Shown here: in pieces, positions 26,570 through 34,966 of the stretch
Layout: each line of letters begins with the position of its first letter
Numbering within the stretch: position 1 is the stretch's first letter
NCBI GenBank assembly: GCA_964443675.1
Contig: CAYUDN010000003.1
Coordinates: forward strand, 1-58,447
Source: an uncultured Candidatus Saccharibacteria bacterium
GTDB taxonomy: Bacteria; Patescibacteriota; Minisyncoccia; Phycocordibacterales; UBA5272
Direction of reading: 5' to 3'
DNA: 58,447 bases
Position numbers and translations under genes: made by a program
The notes under the pieces: generated by a model
What the model saw: only the letters and a program-made list of their open reading frames with translations
Told to the model about the DNA's origin: nothing
Database searches by the model: none

Positions 26570-27352
26570 AAGTTTTAATTGTAAGATGTTATGATACTTT
26601 GTCAAATGTTTCATATTGTGTGTTCCAATTAATTTCATAAAAGAGATTACCCCTGTATGTGTTCTGATAAGGATCTTATTCTTACTTGTCGAAGTGGAAT
26701 GAATAGCGAGTAGTAGAAGTGAATTTTTAACTTCTTTAAGAAAATCGTCGGAAGCGGAGCTTATAGATATGCAAGGATAGTGATAAGTTTTTTGTTTTAC
26801 AATTTTTTTCTCAAGATATATTGATCCATCAGTATCAAAAAGGCCACGAAGAAAGGCTGATAGAAGTTTTTTCTTCGCTAGGATCCAAAATGGTATTACT
26901 AACCCCTTTTTAAGCTTATTGCCAACAGGTATCCCAAGTTTCGAGAGGTGTTCAGTTATCATTCGTGACGAGATAACAATATCTATTGCTTTTGCTGTGC
27001 GACGTAGCCTCTTTCTGGTTTGTATTTTTAACTTTTTCTCAAGTAGTTCTGTTACAAAATGAGCGTACACCTCATCCTTTTCACTGTTAAGAGTGATAGA
27101 AGATTGGTAATAAGATAAATGTCCATCACCGAAGAAGATACCAACAATTTCTGCTAATTCTTCATCTTTTTTAGGGAAAGGGGTAATAGTTAAAGTTTTA
27201 AAATTTGAACTTTTTTGGATTTTTTGCGTAAGTAAAGAATTTCTCCCTCCCTTTGCTCTTCCTTCTTTTGTTCCAGGGTTTCCATATAACTCTATTCGAC
27301 GCTTTCCACCAATCTTTGCAGCTATTATTTTTTTGGTATGTGTCACCAGCAT
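26555..27352 (-). CDS. free-standing LAGLIDADG family endonuclease (two-motif, single-chain)
   Basis: Two LAGLIDADG motifs (IVGIFFGDGHL and LRGLFDTDGSIY). The 3' end overlaps the tRNA-Ser 5' end by 15 nt. Confidence 0.75.
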   Translation of the reverse strand: MLVTHTKKIIAAKIGGKRRIELYGNPGTKEGRAKGGRNSLLTQKIQKSSNFKTLTITPFPKKDEELAEIVGIFFGDGHLSYYQSSITLNSEKDEVYAHFVTELLEKKLKIQTRKRLRRTAKAIDIVISSRMITEHLSKLGIPVGNKLKKGLVIPFWILAKKKLLSAFLRGLFDTDGSIYLEKKIVKQKTYHYPCISISSASDDFLKEVKNSLLLLAIHSTSTSKNKILIRTHTGVISFMKLIGTHNMKHLTKYHNILQLKLGNVA

Positions 27353-27681
27353 ACTGTTAAGTGTAACATTATATAAACACTTTTGTGTCTGTTAAGAATT
27401 TGATATTCAGCCACTTCTCTTTCACTTCTCCTTAAAACATTTTGTCAACAAAATGTTCAGGCGACCATTCGTCTTGGTTATTACGAATGGTTTAGCCAAA
27501 TATAAGTCCTCGCGCTGCTTTAGGACTAGTTGTTATCTTACTTCACTTTTTTGTATACAGCAAATCACAAAAGAGGAACGATACGTATAAAGGCTACTTA
27601 CTTTGCAGTACATTTTGTGTAAGTCGTCTAGACTATTTTTGTTGGTATAAAAATGTTTTACTCGTACATAGATCGGTCGCC

Positions 27682-28740
27682 GTGACTGAAGAGGAAATCA
27701 TGAATACTTCCAAAGCTCTTTCTCTTAAAGGCATGGCGGCACCAGTTCCATCTGACGTGTTCCGTGTCTGTATTTCTCCACAAGTGATTATAACGCTTTC
27801 GCAACAGCGGAGCGCTATGAATGGTGAGGCAGTTGAACAACTTGCTTCATCTATCAAAAAGAACGGTCAAATGTACCCAGGAGTTGTGTATGCTTTTGAG
27901 AAAGGTGATGCAGAAAAGTACCTCGCTAGCATTAATACATTGTGGGGATCAAAGCACTCACTTCTTGATATGCATCCGGTTCTTTTCAAAGAAAAGCATA
28001 AGAAACCTTTTTACCTTTTTGTGGTTGCTGGACACCGAAGGTTGCGTGCGTGCAAACTTGCGCAGGTTGAGTACCTGTGTGAGATTGTCTTCGGTGGAAC
28101 TTTTCAGAAGGCAATTATGGTGCAGTTGGAAGAAAACTTCCACGAAGCTGTTCCGCTTAGTGATCTTATCCGTAGCACGCACGCGTACTGGGTAATGATG
28201 AAGACAGAGAATCCTTCGCTTACCCTTAAAGCTTTTTCTGAAAAGGTGCATCGTCGTCCTGAATGGGTTCGTGATGCGCTGCGCTTTGCAGAGCTCCCAC
28301 TTTCGATACAATCTCTTCTTGTGTACAAGGGAGACAAGGCTCCGAAAGGGGTGCCGTATCATGTGCTTCTTGAATTTGCGAAGTTGTATGAATATGCACT
28401 GAAGAAGGATGTTCACATCAAGGAAGAGATGCTTCTTGGGTACATCTTTCATGCAGTTGCTAGTAGAAGCACTTTGAAAGAAGTGAGAAGTTTCTGTGAG
28501 TCATTGCGCACAGAACTCGATGGGCAGGATAATTTCTTTACACTAGAAGAAGAAAAAAGTATGTATGAGGGGGTACGTCGCAATCTTGCTGTGTTGCGTA
28601 GAGAAGCAACACTTCAGCTTGAGCAAGCAAGACGGTATCTTGCGGATAATGTTGGACTTGCTCACACTATCATCACAAGATCAGGAAGACGGCGTGCTAC
28701 GCAAGTCATCGACCTTAGTCAAGAAGTTCTTGCTCTTTGA
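27682..28740 (+). CDS. ParB/Srx-like N-terminal domain protein
   Basis: 352 aa with the ParB-N signature FVVAGHRRLRACKL. The C-terminal two thirds are unassigned. The start is uncertain (GTG 27682 or ATG 27700). Confidence 0.65.
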   Translation: MTEEEIMNTSKALSLKGMAAPVPSDVFRVCISPQVIITLSQQRSAMNGEAVEQLASSIKKNGQMYPGVVYAFEKGDAEKYLASINTLWGSKHSLLDMHPVLFKEKHKKPFYLFVVAGHRRLRACKLAQVEYLCEIVFGGTFQKAIMVQLEENFHEAVPLSDLIRSTHAYWVMMKTENPSLTLKAFSEKVHRRPEWVRDALRFAELPLSIQSLLVYKGDKAPKGVPYHVLLEFAKLYEYALKKDVHIKEEMLLGYIFHAVASRSTLKEVRSFCESLRTELDGQDNFFTLEEEKSMYEGVRRNLAVLRREATLQLEQARRYLADNVGLAHTIITRSGRRRATQVIDLSQEVLAL

Positions 28741-28871
28741 TGATGTTGTAATGTTTGCTGTACTGCGGTGCTGTTGCACCGCAGTTTCTTTTTGTGTGAC
28801 ACTTGCAACCCAAAAGAAGAAACGGTAGGATGCAGAGAGATTGTTCTCAGTAGAGATGAAAGGACTTTGCT

Positions 28872-29264
28872 ATGATTTCATTAGTACTTCGTGCTGGCGA
28901 CAAGGTGCACAGGAAGGGGAATGATTCTAGTATCTACATCATAAGAGAAGTAAGCGAAGAACAACATGGGCTTTTTTGGGAAGAAGAAGGAGAGCTTGTC
29001 TCTTTCGGTGAAGTGATACTTGTTTCTCTTTTACCACGACATGTTGCTTTCTATTTGTTGGTTAGCTTACAAAAAATACACCAAAGAATCACTGAAATTA
29101 AGGAGCAGGGAGAAGAAGGAAAAAAGAACTTCAAGAGTTTGCTGCTTGAACACCTTACACATGACTTTTTGATTGGGTTATGTGTCATCTTTCCTGCGTC
29201 TGGGTATGCGTGGCGATCACGAGATGAATATGTGCAGGAAGTATGTGATTTTCTGTGGGAATAA
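28872..29264 (+). CDS. hypothetical protein (130 aa)
   Basis: ORF followed by the terminator GTGCCCCG...CGGGGCAC plus a T-run. Confidence 0.45.
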   Translation: MISLVLRAGDKVHRKGNDSSIYIIREVSEEQHGLFWEEEGELVSFGEVILVSLLPRHVAFYLLVSLQKIHQRITEIKEQGEEGKKNFKSLLLEHLTHDFLIGLCVIFPASGYAWRSRDEYVQEVCDFLWE

Positions 29265-29369
29265 TGAAAAAAGAAGGGTGCCCCGGAGACTATCGGGGCA
29301 CTTTTGTTTTTTGGAAAGGTAAAGGGTGGAGGACGGTAAAAAAAGTAAGTAAATAAAGGCGAAAGTTGC

Positions 29370-29398
29370 TTGACAAACTAGCGTAAATATGATATATT
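29370..29398 (+). promoter_or_regulatory. near-consensus sigma70 promoter
   Basis: TTGACA (29370-29375), 17 nt, TATATT (29393-29398). The -10 lies inside the palindrome TGATATAT-TGT-ATATATCA. Confidence 0.6.
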
Positions 29399-29470
29399 GT
29401 ATATATCATAAACCCGAGCTAACTTTTGGCTTTAAGGGCAATGAAGAAGCTCATTTCAAGGAGATAACAG

Positions 29471-29911
29471 ATGCGTGCTGCAAATTTCAAGCAGTTCAAG
29501 AAGGGGCTGCAACGACACATCGTCGATTTCTCGATTGAAGCTGACAGAGATGTTGATGACGACGAGTTCGAGCCCCCAATCTATCGCCATTCGGCGGCAG
29601 AAATTCTGGTCTGGATCCTCAACAAGACGGGAGTAACTCTGCGCAAGAGCCAACTCGTCGAAGCGTGGAGGTCGATCGTCAGCAAGTGCTGGAACTTGGT
29701 CGACTTCACGGCGTTCACCGAACAGAACCGCAAGATGATCCTCGGTGACATCGGCTACTACGCAGCAAAGTCGGACCGCAAGAAAAATGCGGACGTCCCG
29801 GTGCAAGACAGCAACTGGAACCACTCTGAAGTGGTGGTGACATCTGGTGCTCATGGGGACACCGTTCGTGTGTCTCGTGCCACTCGCATTCGCCGAGTTG
29901 CTACGGCTTGA
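29471..29911 (+). CDS. GC-rich orphan protein (146 aa)
   Basis: AAGGAG 7 nt upstream of the ATG, and the terminator CCCCGCC...GGCGGGG plus a T-run at 29926-29965. Two sampled 60-nt lines gave 53% and 58% G+C. Confidence 0.6.
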   Translation: MRAANFKQFKKGLQRHIVDFSIEADRDVDDDEFEPPIYRHSAAEILVWILNKTGVTLRKSQLVEAWRSIVSKCWNLVDFTAFTEQNRKMILGDIGYYAAKSDRKKNADVPVQDSNWNHSEVVVTSGAHGDTVRVSRATRIRRVATA

Positions 29912-30258
29912 AGGAAGCAACACAACCCCGCCAACGGGATCCCGTTTCGGCGGGGTCTTTTTTTGCTTATTTCGTAACTATATCTACTCTAGTTGTTAGA
30001 CTGGTGGAGAGATTCGGCGATTGTTAAGGTGTTTTATTTTATCACTTCGTGATTCATACAACACTCGTGAACTTAGCCTAAAGAAAAAGCGTCAAAATCT
30101 TATAAAGAAAAGTCAGGAAGAAAGCTTTTCTTTATAAGATTTCGTAGACCGCTTTTTCGTTCGAATCTCCACGTATGACACGCAGGTGTCATACTCCAAG
30201 TACTCACTGATAACACAATATCCCATTAGGAGTACCTAAAGGGATATTGTGTTATCAG

Positions 30259-30647
30259 TGGAGGTGGGGAGATTCGAACTCCCGTGTAACAAGGTATGAA
30301 GTATGCATCTACTGTGCGTAGTTTGCTTGGTTGATGTTCGCATGAAGTCTTATGAGCAAACAAAATAACTTCATGCTAAGCATTATTCTTTCGAATGGTG
30401 TGCTATGCAACACATCATTCTACATCTTCTGTTATATTGCCCAGTATCTTCCCGGAGATACGAAAGAAGTGGACACCAGATTGGCGTAGATTACGCGAAT
30501 GCTGGAACTAGCCCTGCCATATAAGGTGAAGGGATAGCCTTGCCAGTTGACTTTGCAACATGGTTTCTCAAACGTTAACGAGTGCTTGAGAACTCTCGGC
30601 ATAGCACATAGTTCATGATCTTATTATCGATGCCAAAGTACACCCCC
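30259..30647 (-). ncRNA. ssrA: tmRNA (SsrA)
   Basis: 5' GGGGGTGTACTTTGGCATCGA pairs with 3' ...GGGAGTTCGAATCTCCCCACCTCCA (tRNA-Ala-like acceptor with G3-U). The candidate tag ORF GCA AAG...GCG TAA (30556 down to 30491) gives AKSTGKAIPSPYMAGLVPAFA. smpB lies immediately upstream. Confidence 0.9.
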
Positions 30648-30649
30648 CT

Positions 30650-30754
30650 AGTTAAGACGACAGACAGACAGACGACAGAGTACAGAAGGACACAGAATTC
30701 GGTTGCAAAGCAACTGAATCGTCTGTTATCTGTAAGCCTGCGGTCTGTGCTCTG
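30650..30754. repeat. ACAGA-rich palindromic element between smpB and ssrA
   Basis: Left arm GACAGACAGACAGACGACAGAGTACAGA, central hairpin TTCGGTTGC-AAA-GCAACTGAA, right arm GTCTGTTATCTGT...CTCTGTTATCT. Confidence 0.7.
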
Positions 30755-31186
30755 TTATCTATCTCGCATTTCTCTTCTTGAAATATCTTTTTTGATATCT
30801 TCTCGTCTATCGTGTACTTGCTTTTTTCTACAAAGAGCAACTTCACACTTCACGAGAGTATTTTTAAGATATAACGAATGAGGGACTGCTGTCAAGGTCT
30901 TTGCTTGTTCTTCTTTGTAGAGGTCAATAATCTCTGCTTTGGTAAGAAGAAGTCGTCGCGTACGATAGGGGTCGTACCCTTTGGGGGTATTGGCTGGCTG
31001 GTATGGTGGAATATATATACCTACTACAAAAGCTTCTCCTCCGCGAACAATTACTTTGGCACCCTCAAGAGACCCAAGCTTATTGCGGAGTGCTTTTACT
31101 TCAAAACCAAAAAGCTCGATTCCGGCTTCTTTTGTATCGTCAATAACGTGTGTGAGGTGTAGTTTTTTGTTTTCTATAAGACGCAT
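30755..31186 (-). CDS. smpB: SsrA-binding protein SmpB
   Basis: 143 aa (GIELFGFEVKALR...YDPYRTRRLLLTKAEI). Confidence 0.95.
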   Translation of the reverse strand: MRLIENKKLHLTHVIDDTKEAGIELFGFEVKALRNKLGSLEGAKVIVRGGEAFVVGIYIPPYQPANTPKGYDPYRTRRLLLTKAEIIDLYKEEQAKTLTAVPHSLYLKNTLVKCEVALCRKKQVHDRREDIKKDISRREMRDR

Positions 31187-31242
31187 AGTGTACTCGTTGG
31201 TGACTATATCTATCTCTAGTGTATCATGATAGAATGGTCTTT

Positions 31243-33180
31243 ATGAAAAAGATGAAATTACCAACTATTACGAAAACAAAGCGTGGGAAAAGTGATAATC
31301 CGCTCACCTCCTCTTCTCCAAAAGGAGATAAAACAAAATTACCGGCAAGTTTCTCTCAACAGCTTCTTGGTGCTTTCATTATTCTTATGTGTCTTACGTG
31401 GGGATATTCTCTTTTTACAGAGCGTGCAACAAGTACAGAAGTTCCTTTGTCAGAGTTTGCTGCGCTTGTTACTAATCGCACAATCACCTCTATTGTAGTA
31501 AAAGGTGATGTGCTTACTGGTACTAAGACTGACGCAAGCAAAGTTGAAAGTAAAAAAGAACAAGGTGCCTCAGTGCTTACCACTCTTACTGTGTATGGTG
31601 TGAGTTCAAGCACTCTTGCGAGCACAACGATTACCATCGAAAGTGAGAAAGGTCTTGCCTTCTGGGGATCTATTGTTCCAATCCTTCTTCCTGTAGTATT
31701 CTTGGCGCTTATGATTTGGTGGCTTGGCCGAGGGATTAAAGGTGCAAACATGCAAGCACTTTCATTTGGACAGTCGCGAGCGAAGATTATCTATCCAGAT
31801 GACGCAAAAGAAAAAGTTACTTTTAAGGATGTCGCTGGTGCTAAAGAAGCGAAGGCAGAGCTTGAAGAAATTGTAGAGTTCTTAAGAGCTCCGAAGAAGT
31901 TTACCGACATTGGTGCAGAAATACCAAAAGGTGTGCTTCTCATGGGAGCACCAGGAACAGGGAAGACAATGCTTGCTCGTGCTGTTGCAGGGGAGGCAGG
32001 TGTACCATTCTTTCATCTTTCTGGTTCAGAGTTCGAAGAGATGTTCGTGGGAGTTGGAGCTTCTCGTGTTCGTGATCTCTTCGACATGGCTAAGCAAGCA
32101 GCTCCTGCGATTATTTTTATTGACGAAATTGATGCAGTGGGACGCACTCGTGCTACTTCTATTTCTGGGCAAGGCGAAGGAAGAGAACAGACGCTCAATC
32201 AGATTTTGGTTGAAATGGATGGATTCGAGCCAACTATGAACTTGATTGTTATGGCTGCAACTAATAGACCTGATGTGCTTGATAAGGCTCTGCTTCGACC
32301 AGGACGATTCGATCGTCGTGTAACACTTGATCTTCCTGACCGAGCAGATCGTGAAGCGATACTTGCGGTACATGTGAAGAACAAGCCACTTGCAGAAGAT
32401 GTGAATCTTACTGTGGTTGCAGAACGTACTCCTGGATTTTCTGGTGCTGATCTTTATTCGCTGATGAACGAAAGTGCAATCTTAGCAGCTCGTGAAGGAC
32501 GCAAAACCGTAGGACAGTATGACCTCATTCGTTCTATTGAGAAGGTGATGCTTGGGCCAGAGCGTAAGAGTCATGTGCTTTCTACAAAAGAGAAAAAGTT
32601 GACTGCATACCATGAAGCAGGGCACGCACTTGTTGCATCATGTCTTCCGGATGCGGACCCAGTACACAAGATTTCCATTATTGCACGAGGTCATGCAGGA
32701 GGATATACACTCAAGCTTCCTCTTGATGAAAGGCGTCTTATGAGCAGGTCGGCATTCTTAGATGATATCGCTATGTCACTTGGTGGGTATGTTGCAGAAA
32801 AAGAAATCTTTGGTGATATTACCACAGGACCATCAAATGATTTGGAGGTTGCAACTGCTATGGCACGTCAGATGGTGACGAGATATGGTATGAGCACTCT
32901 TGGGCCGGTGGCATTCGTTGCTGATAGCGAAGGATCAAGATTTTTTGTTGGTAAAGAACATAGTGAGCTGTATGCACAAAAGATTGATGATGAGGTGAAG
33001 CGTATTATGGACGATGCATGGAATAGGGCACGACTTATTATTACTGATAAGCGTCATGTGCTTGCTGCGATTGCGGAAGAACTAATGCGTGTTGAAAATA
33101 TTGAACGCGAAGATTTCGAAAAAATACTTGTTCTTCACGGTATTGCACCAAAGAAAAAAGAGGAAGGGGTTGTGGGGTAG
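31243..33180 (+). CDS. ftsH: ATP-dependent zinc metalloprotease FtsH
   Basis: Walker A GAPGTGKT, Walker [12 protein letters not shown] region, zinc site HEAGHA. The start is set at ATG 31243, 7 nt after TAGAAT (the ORF opens at GTG 31219). Confidence 0.95.
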   Translation: MKKMKLPTITKTKRGKSDNPLTSSSPKGDKTKLPASFSQQLLGAFIILMCLTWGYSLFTERATSTEVPLSEFAALVTNRTITSIVVKGDVLTGTKTDASKVESKKEQGASVLTTLTVYGVSSSTLASTTITIESEKGLAFWGSIVPILLPVVFLALMIWWLGRGIKGANMQALSFGQSRAKIIYPDDAKEKVTFKDVAGAKEAKAELEEIVEFLRAPKKFTDIGAEIPKGVLLMGAPGTGKTMLARAVAGEAGVPFFHLSGSEFEEMFVGVGASRVRDLFDMAKQAAPAIIFIDEIDAVGRTRATSISGQGEGREQTLNQILVEMDGFEPTMNLIVMAATNRPDVLDKALLRPGRFDRRVTLDLPDRADREAILAVHVKNKPLAEDVNLTVVAERTPGFSGADLYSLMNESAILAAREGRKTVGQYDLIRSIEKVMLGPERKSHVLSTKEKKLTAYHEAGHALVASCLPDADPVHKISIIARGHAGGYTLKLPLDERRLMSRSAFLDDIAMSLGGYVAEKEIFGDITTGPSNDLEVATAMARQMVTRYGMSTLGPVAFVADSEGSRFFVGKEHSELYAQKIDDEVKRIMDDAWNRARLIITDKRHVLAAIAEELMRVENIEREDFEKILVLHGIAPKKKEEGVVG

Positions 33181-33223
33181 ATATGAGATAACAGACCGCT
33201 TCGCTACAGATAACAGAAAAGAG

Positions 33224-33264
33224 AATAAAGAAGCGGGGCGCCTACGGCGCCCCGCTTCTTTATT
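33224..33264. terminator. bidirectional terminator (perfect 19-bp stem)
   Basis: AATAAAGAAGCGGGGCGCC-TAC-GGCGCCCCGCTTCTTTATT. Confidence 0.8.
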
Positions 33265-33296
33265 CATACAATGACTATTATTGTATTGCAAACAAA

Positions 33297-33439
33297 GTTC
33301 GTCTACCGGGACCAGGAACTTGAGGACCAGTCGTGTATACTGAATCGTATTTTAGGTTCGTTCAGTCTTTGTATTCAAAGTGCGCCCACCTGGACCAGGA
33401 ACCTGTGGACCAGTCGTGTATACTAAGACGTATTTTTAG
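33297..33439 (-). repeat. two tandem tRNA 3'-half-like repeats (H3a 33297-33356, H3b 33380-33439)
   Basis: The two copies are about 48/57 identical to each other. Both are homologous to the 3' half of the adjacent tRNA-Ile (GGACCAG-CGTGTATA...). The tandem period is ~83 bp (33297, 33380, 33463). Confidence 0.8.
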
Positions 33440-33463
33440 TTCATTCGCAGATTATGCTCAAGG

Positions 33464-33536
33464 TGCATCCACCAGGACTCGAACCTGGGACCAGACGTGT
33501 ATAAGACGTCCGCTCTACCAACTGAGCTATGGATGC
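33464..33536 (-). tRNA. tRNA-Ile (anticodon UAU)
   Basis: Hand-folded 73-nt cloverleaf with all four stems fully Watson-Crick: GCATCCA/TGGATGC, GCTC/GAGC, GACGT/ACGTC, CCAGG/CCTGG. Anticodon loop CT-TAT-AC, discriminator A. Confidence 0.85.
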
Positions 33537-33566
33537 ACCTTTTTCATAATCTACTCATTTCTAAAA

Positions 33567-33817
33567 ATAAGACGACGGCTCTACCAACCGAAGCTTAGGC
33601 GCACTTTATTTATAAATCCATTCGTTGTCAAAAATACTAATCGTAGCAAATGTTCATTCGTTTCAAAATGATACAAGAGTACTTGTCTCATTTTTCCCTC
33701 ATTCCATTTGATAAGACGACGGCTCTACCAACCGAAGCTTAGGCGCACTTAATCCATTTTTTCTTCTTTTGTTTTGATAAGACGTTCCTTTTGCTAACTA
33801 AGCCAGTTTTGCACACC
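33567..33817 (-). repeat. three tRNA 5'-half-like repeats (H5a 33567-33604, H5b 33711-33748, H5c 33777-33817)
   Basis: H5a and H5b are identical (GTGCGCCTAAGCTTCGGTTGGTAGAGCCGTCGTCTTAT on the minus strand). H5c is degenerate. All three stop at ...CGTCTTAT, the anticodon position. Confidence 0.8.
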
Positions 33818-33913
33818 AGGTGCAAAACTGTAGTCTACTATACCAAAAAAAGAGCTAAGTATAAAGTTCTTTGCTTGGTAACCTTTTTGTTTGCTATGCT
33901 GAGAAGATATAGT

Positions 33914-34873
33914 ATGAAAACAGTTGCTATTCTTTATGGGGGTCCGTCAAGTGAGTATGAAGTTTCGGTGCGTTCTGGGGTGGATGTGATTGAATATATT
34001 GATCGAGAGTGTTATCGGGTGCTACCGGCACACATCACGAAGACCTGTGTCTACGAAATTGAAGGAAAAGAATACCAAGAAGATGATGCGCTTACTTTTC
34101 TTTCTCAACATGCTGATCTGGTATTTCCAGTGCTTCACGGTAAGTATGGGGAAGGGGGAATATTGCAAGCCAAGCTCGAACATCGCAGTGTTCCTTTTGT
34201 TGGTTCATCAAGCGAAGTATCTGCGTGTGCAATGGATAAACATAAAGCAAGTGAAGTATTTGTGCTTGGTGGTCTTACTGTGCCACAAGAAAAAGTGATC
34301 ACGAAGGAGGAGTATACTCATTCTTTACGGTATCCAATTATTTGTAAACCGATAGACGAGGGGTCGAGTGTTGGTCTTTCGATTATTGCGTCCGAGAGAG
34401 AATTTTTGGATGCACAAGAGAGTCTTTTTGCTTCGTATGACACACTTCTTGCGCAAGAGTATATTGCTGGACGAGAGTTCACTTGTGCGGTGATTCAAAA
34501 GGGAAGTGAAGTAGTTCCTCTTCTTGCAAGTGAAGTGATTCTAACAAATAGTACACTTCTTGATTATGACGCTAAATACACAAAAGGTGGTTGTCAAAAA
34601 GTAACCCCTGCAGAAGTTGATGAGGTGCTTATGCAAAGAATACAAGACACTGCGATCAGATGTTATAAGCTTCTTGGTTGTAGGTCTCTTTCACGAACGG
34701 ATATGATTCTTGCTCACGATACATTGTATGTATTAGAAACAAATACCATACCAGGAATGACAAAGACATCCTTCCTTCCGGCACAAGCACAAGCTTCCGG
34801 TATCTCGATGAAAGAACTTATTACCTTTTTGATAGAGTCGGTACCTGTTGGGAAAGTAAACAGTAAAAAGTAA
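33914..34873 (+). CDS. ddl: D-alanine--D-alanine ligase
   Basis: Start at ATG 33914 (KTVAILYGGPSSEYEVSVRSG), followed by an ATP-grasp core and C-terminal LETNTIPGMT. Confidence 0.9.
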   Translation: MKTVAILYGGPSSEYEVSVRSGVDVIEYIDRECYRVLPAHITKTCVYEIEGKEYQEDDALTFLSQHADLVFPVLHGKYGEGGILQAKLEHRSVPFVGSSSEVSACAMDKHKASEVFVLGGLTVPQEKVITKEEYTHSLRYPIICKPIDEGSSVGLSIIASEREFLDAQESLFASYDTLLAQEYIAGREFTCAVIQKGSEVVPLLASEVILTNSTLLDYDAKYTKGGCQKVTPAEVDEVLMQRIQDTAIRCYKLLGCRSLSRTDMILAHDTLYVLETNTIPGMTKTSFLPAQAQASGISMKELITFLIESVPVGKVNSKK

Positions 34874-34887
34874 AAAGGGAAAGACAA

Positions 34888-34926
34888 AATACGAGGGGCG
34901 GCCGCTTCGCGGCCGCCCCTCGTATT
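34888..34926. terminator. bidirectional GC-rich terminator between ddl and recG
   Basis: AATACGAGGGGCGGCCGC...GCGGCCGCCCCTCGTATT (18-bp arms). Confidence 0.8.
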
Positions 34927-34966
34927 CCTGTCTGTTATCTGTACTCTGTTATCCGTTGTCTTGTAC

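Noticed and set aside
29456-29923. Minus-strand ORF of 155 aa antisense to the GC-rich orphan.
   Set aside because: The promoter, SD and terminator all support the plus-strand ORF. The antisense frame is a GC-bias artefact.
33380-33604. The split halves H5a and H3b read as one tRNA gene interrupted by a group I intron.
   Set aside because: The intervening ~130 nt is too short for a group I intron and is mostly occupied by a complete tRNA-Ile. The H3b T-arm does not fold, and no P-helix or G-binding-site motifs were seen.
33333-33671. ORF 33333..33671(+), 112 aa, across the tRNA-Ile locus.
   Set aside because: It runs antisense through a tRNA gene and the tRNA-half repeats, has no start signals, and is almost certainly non-coding.
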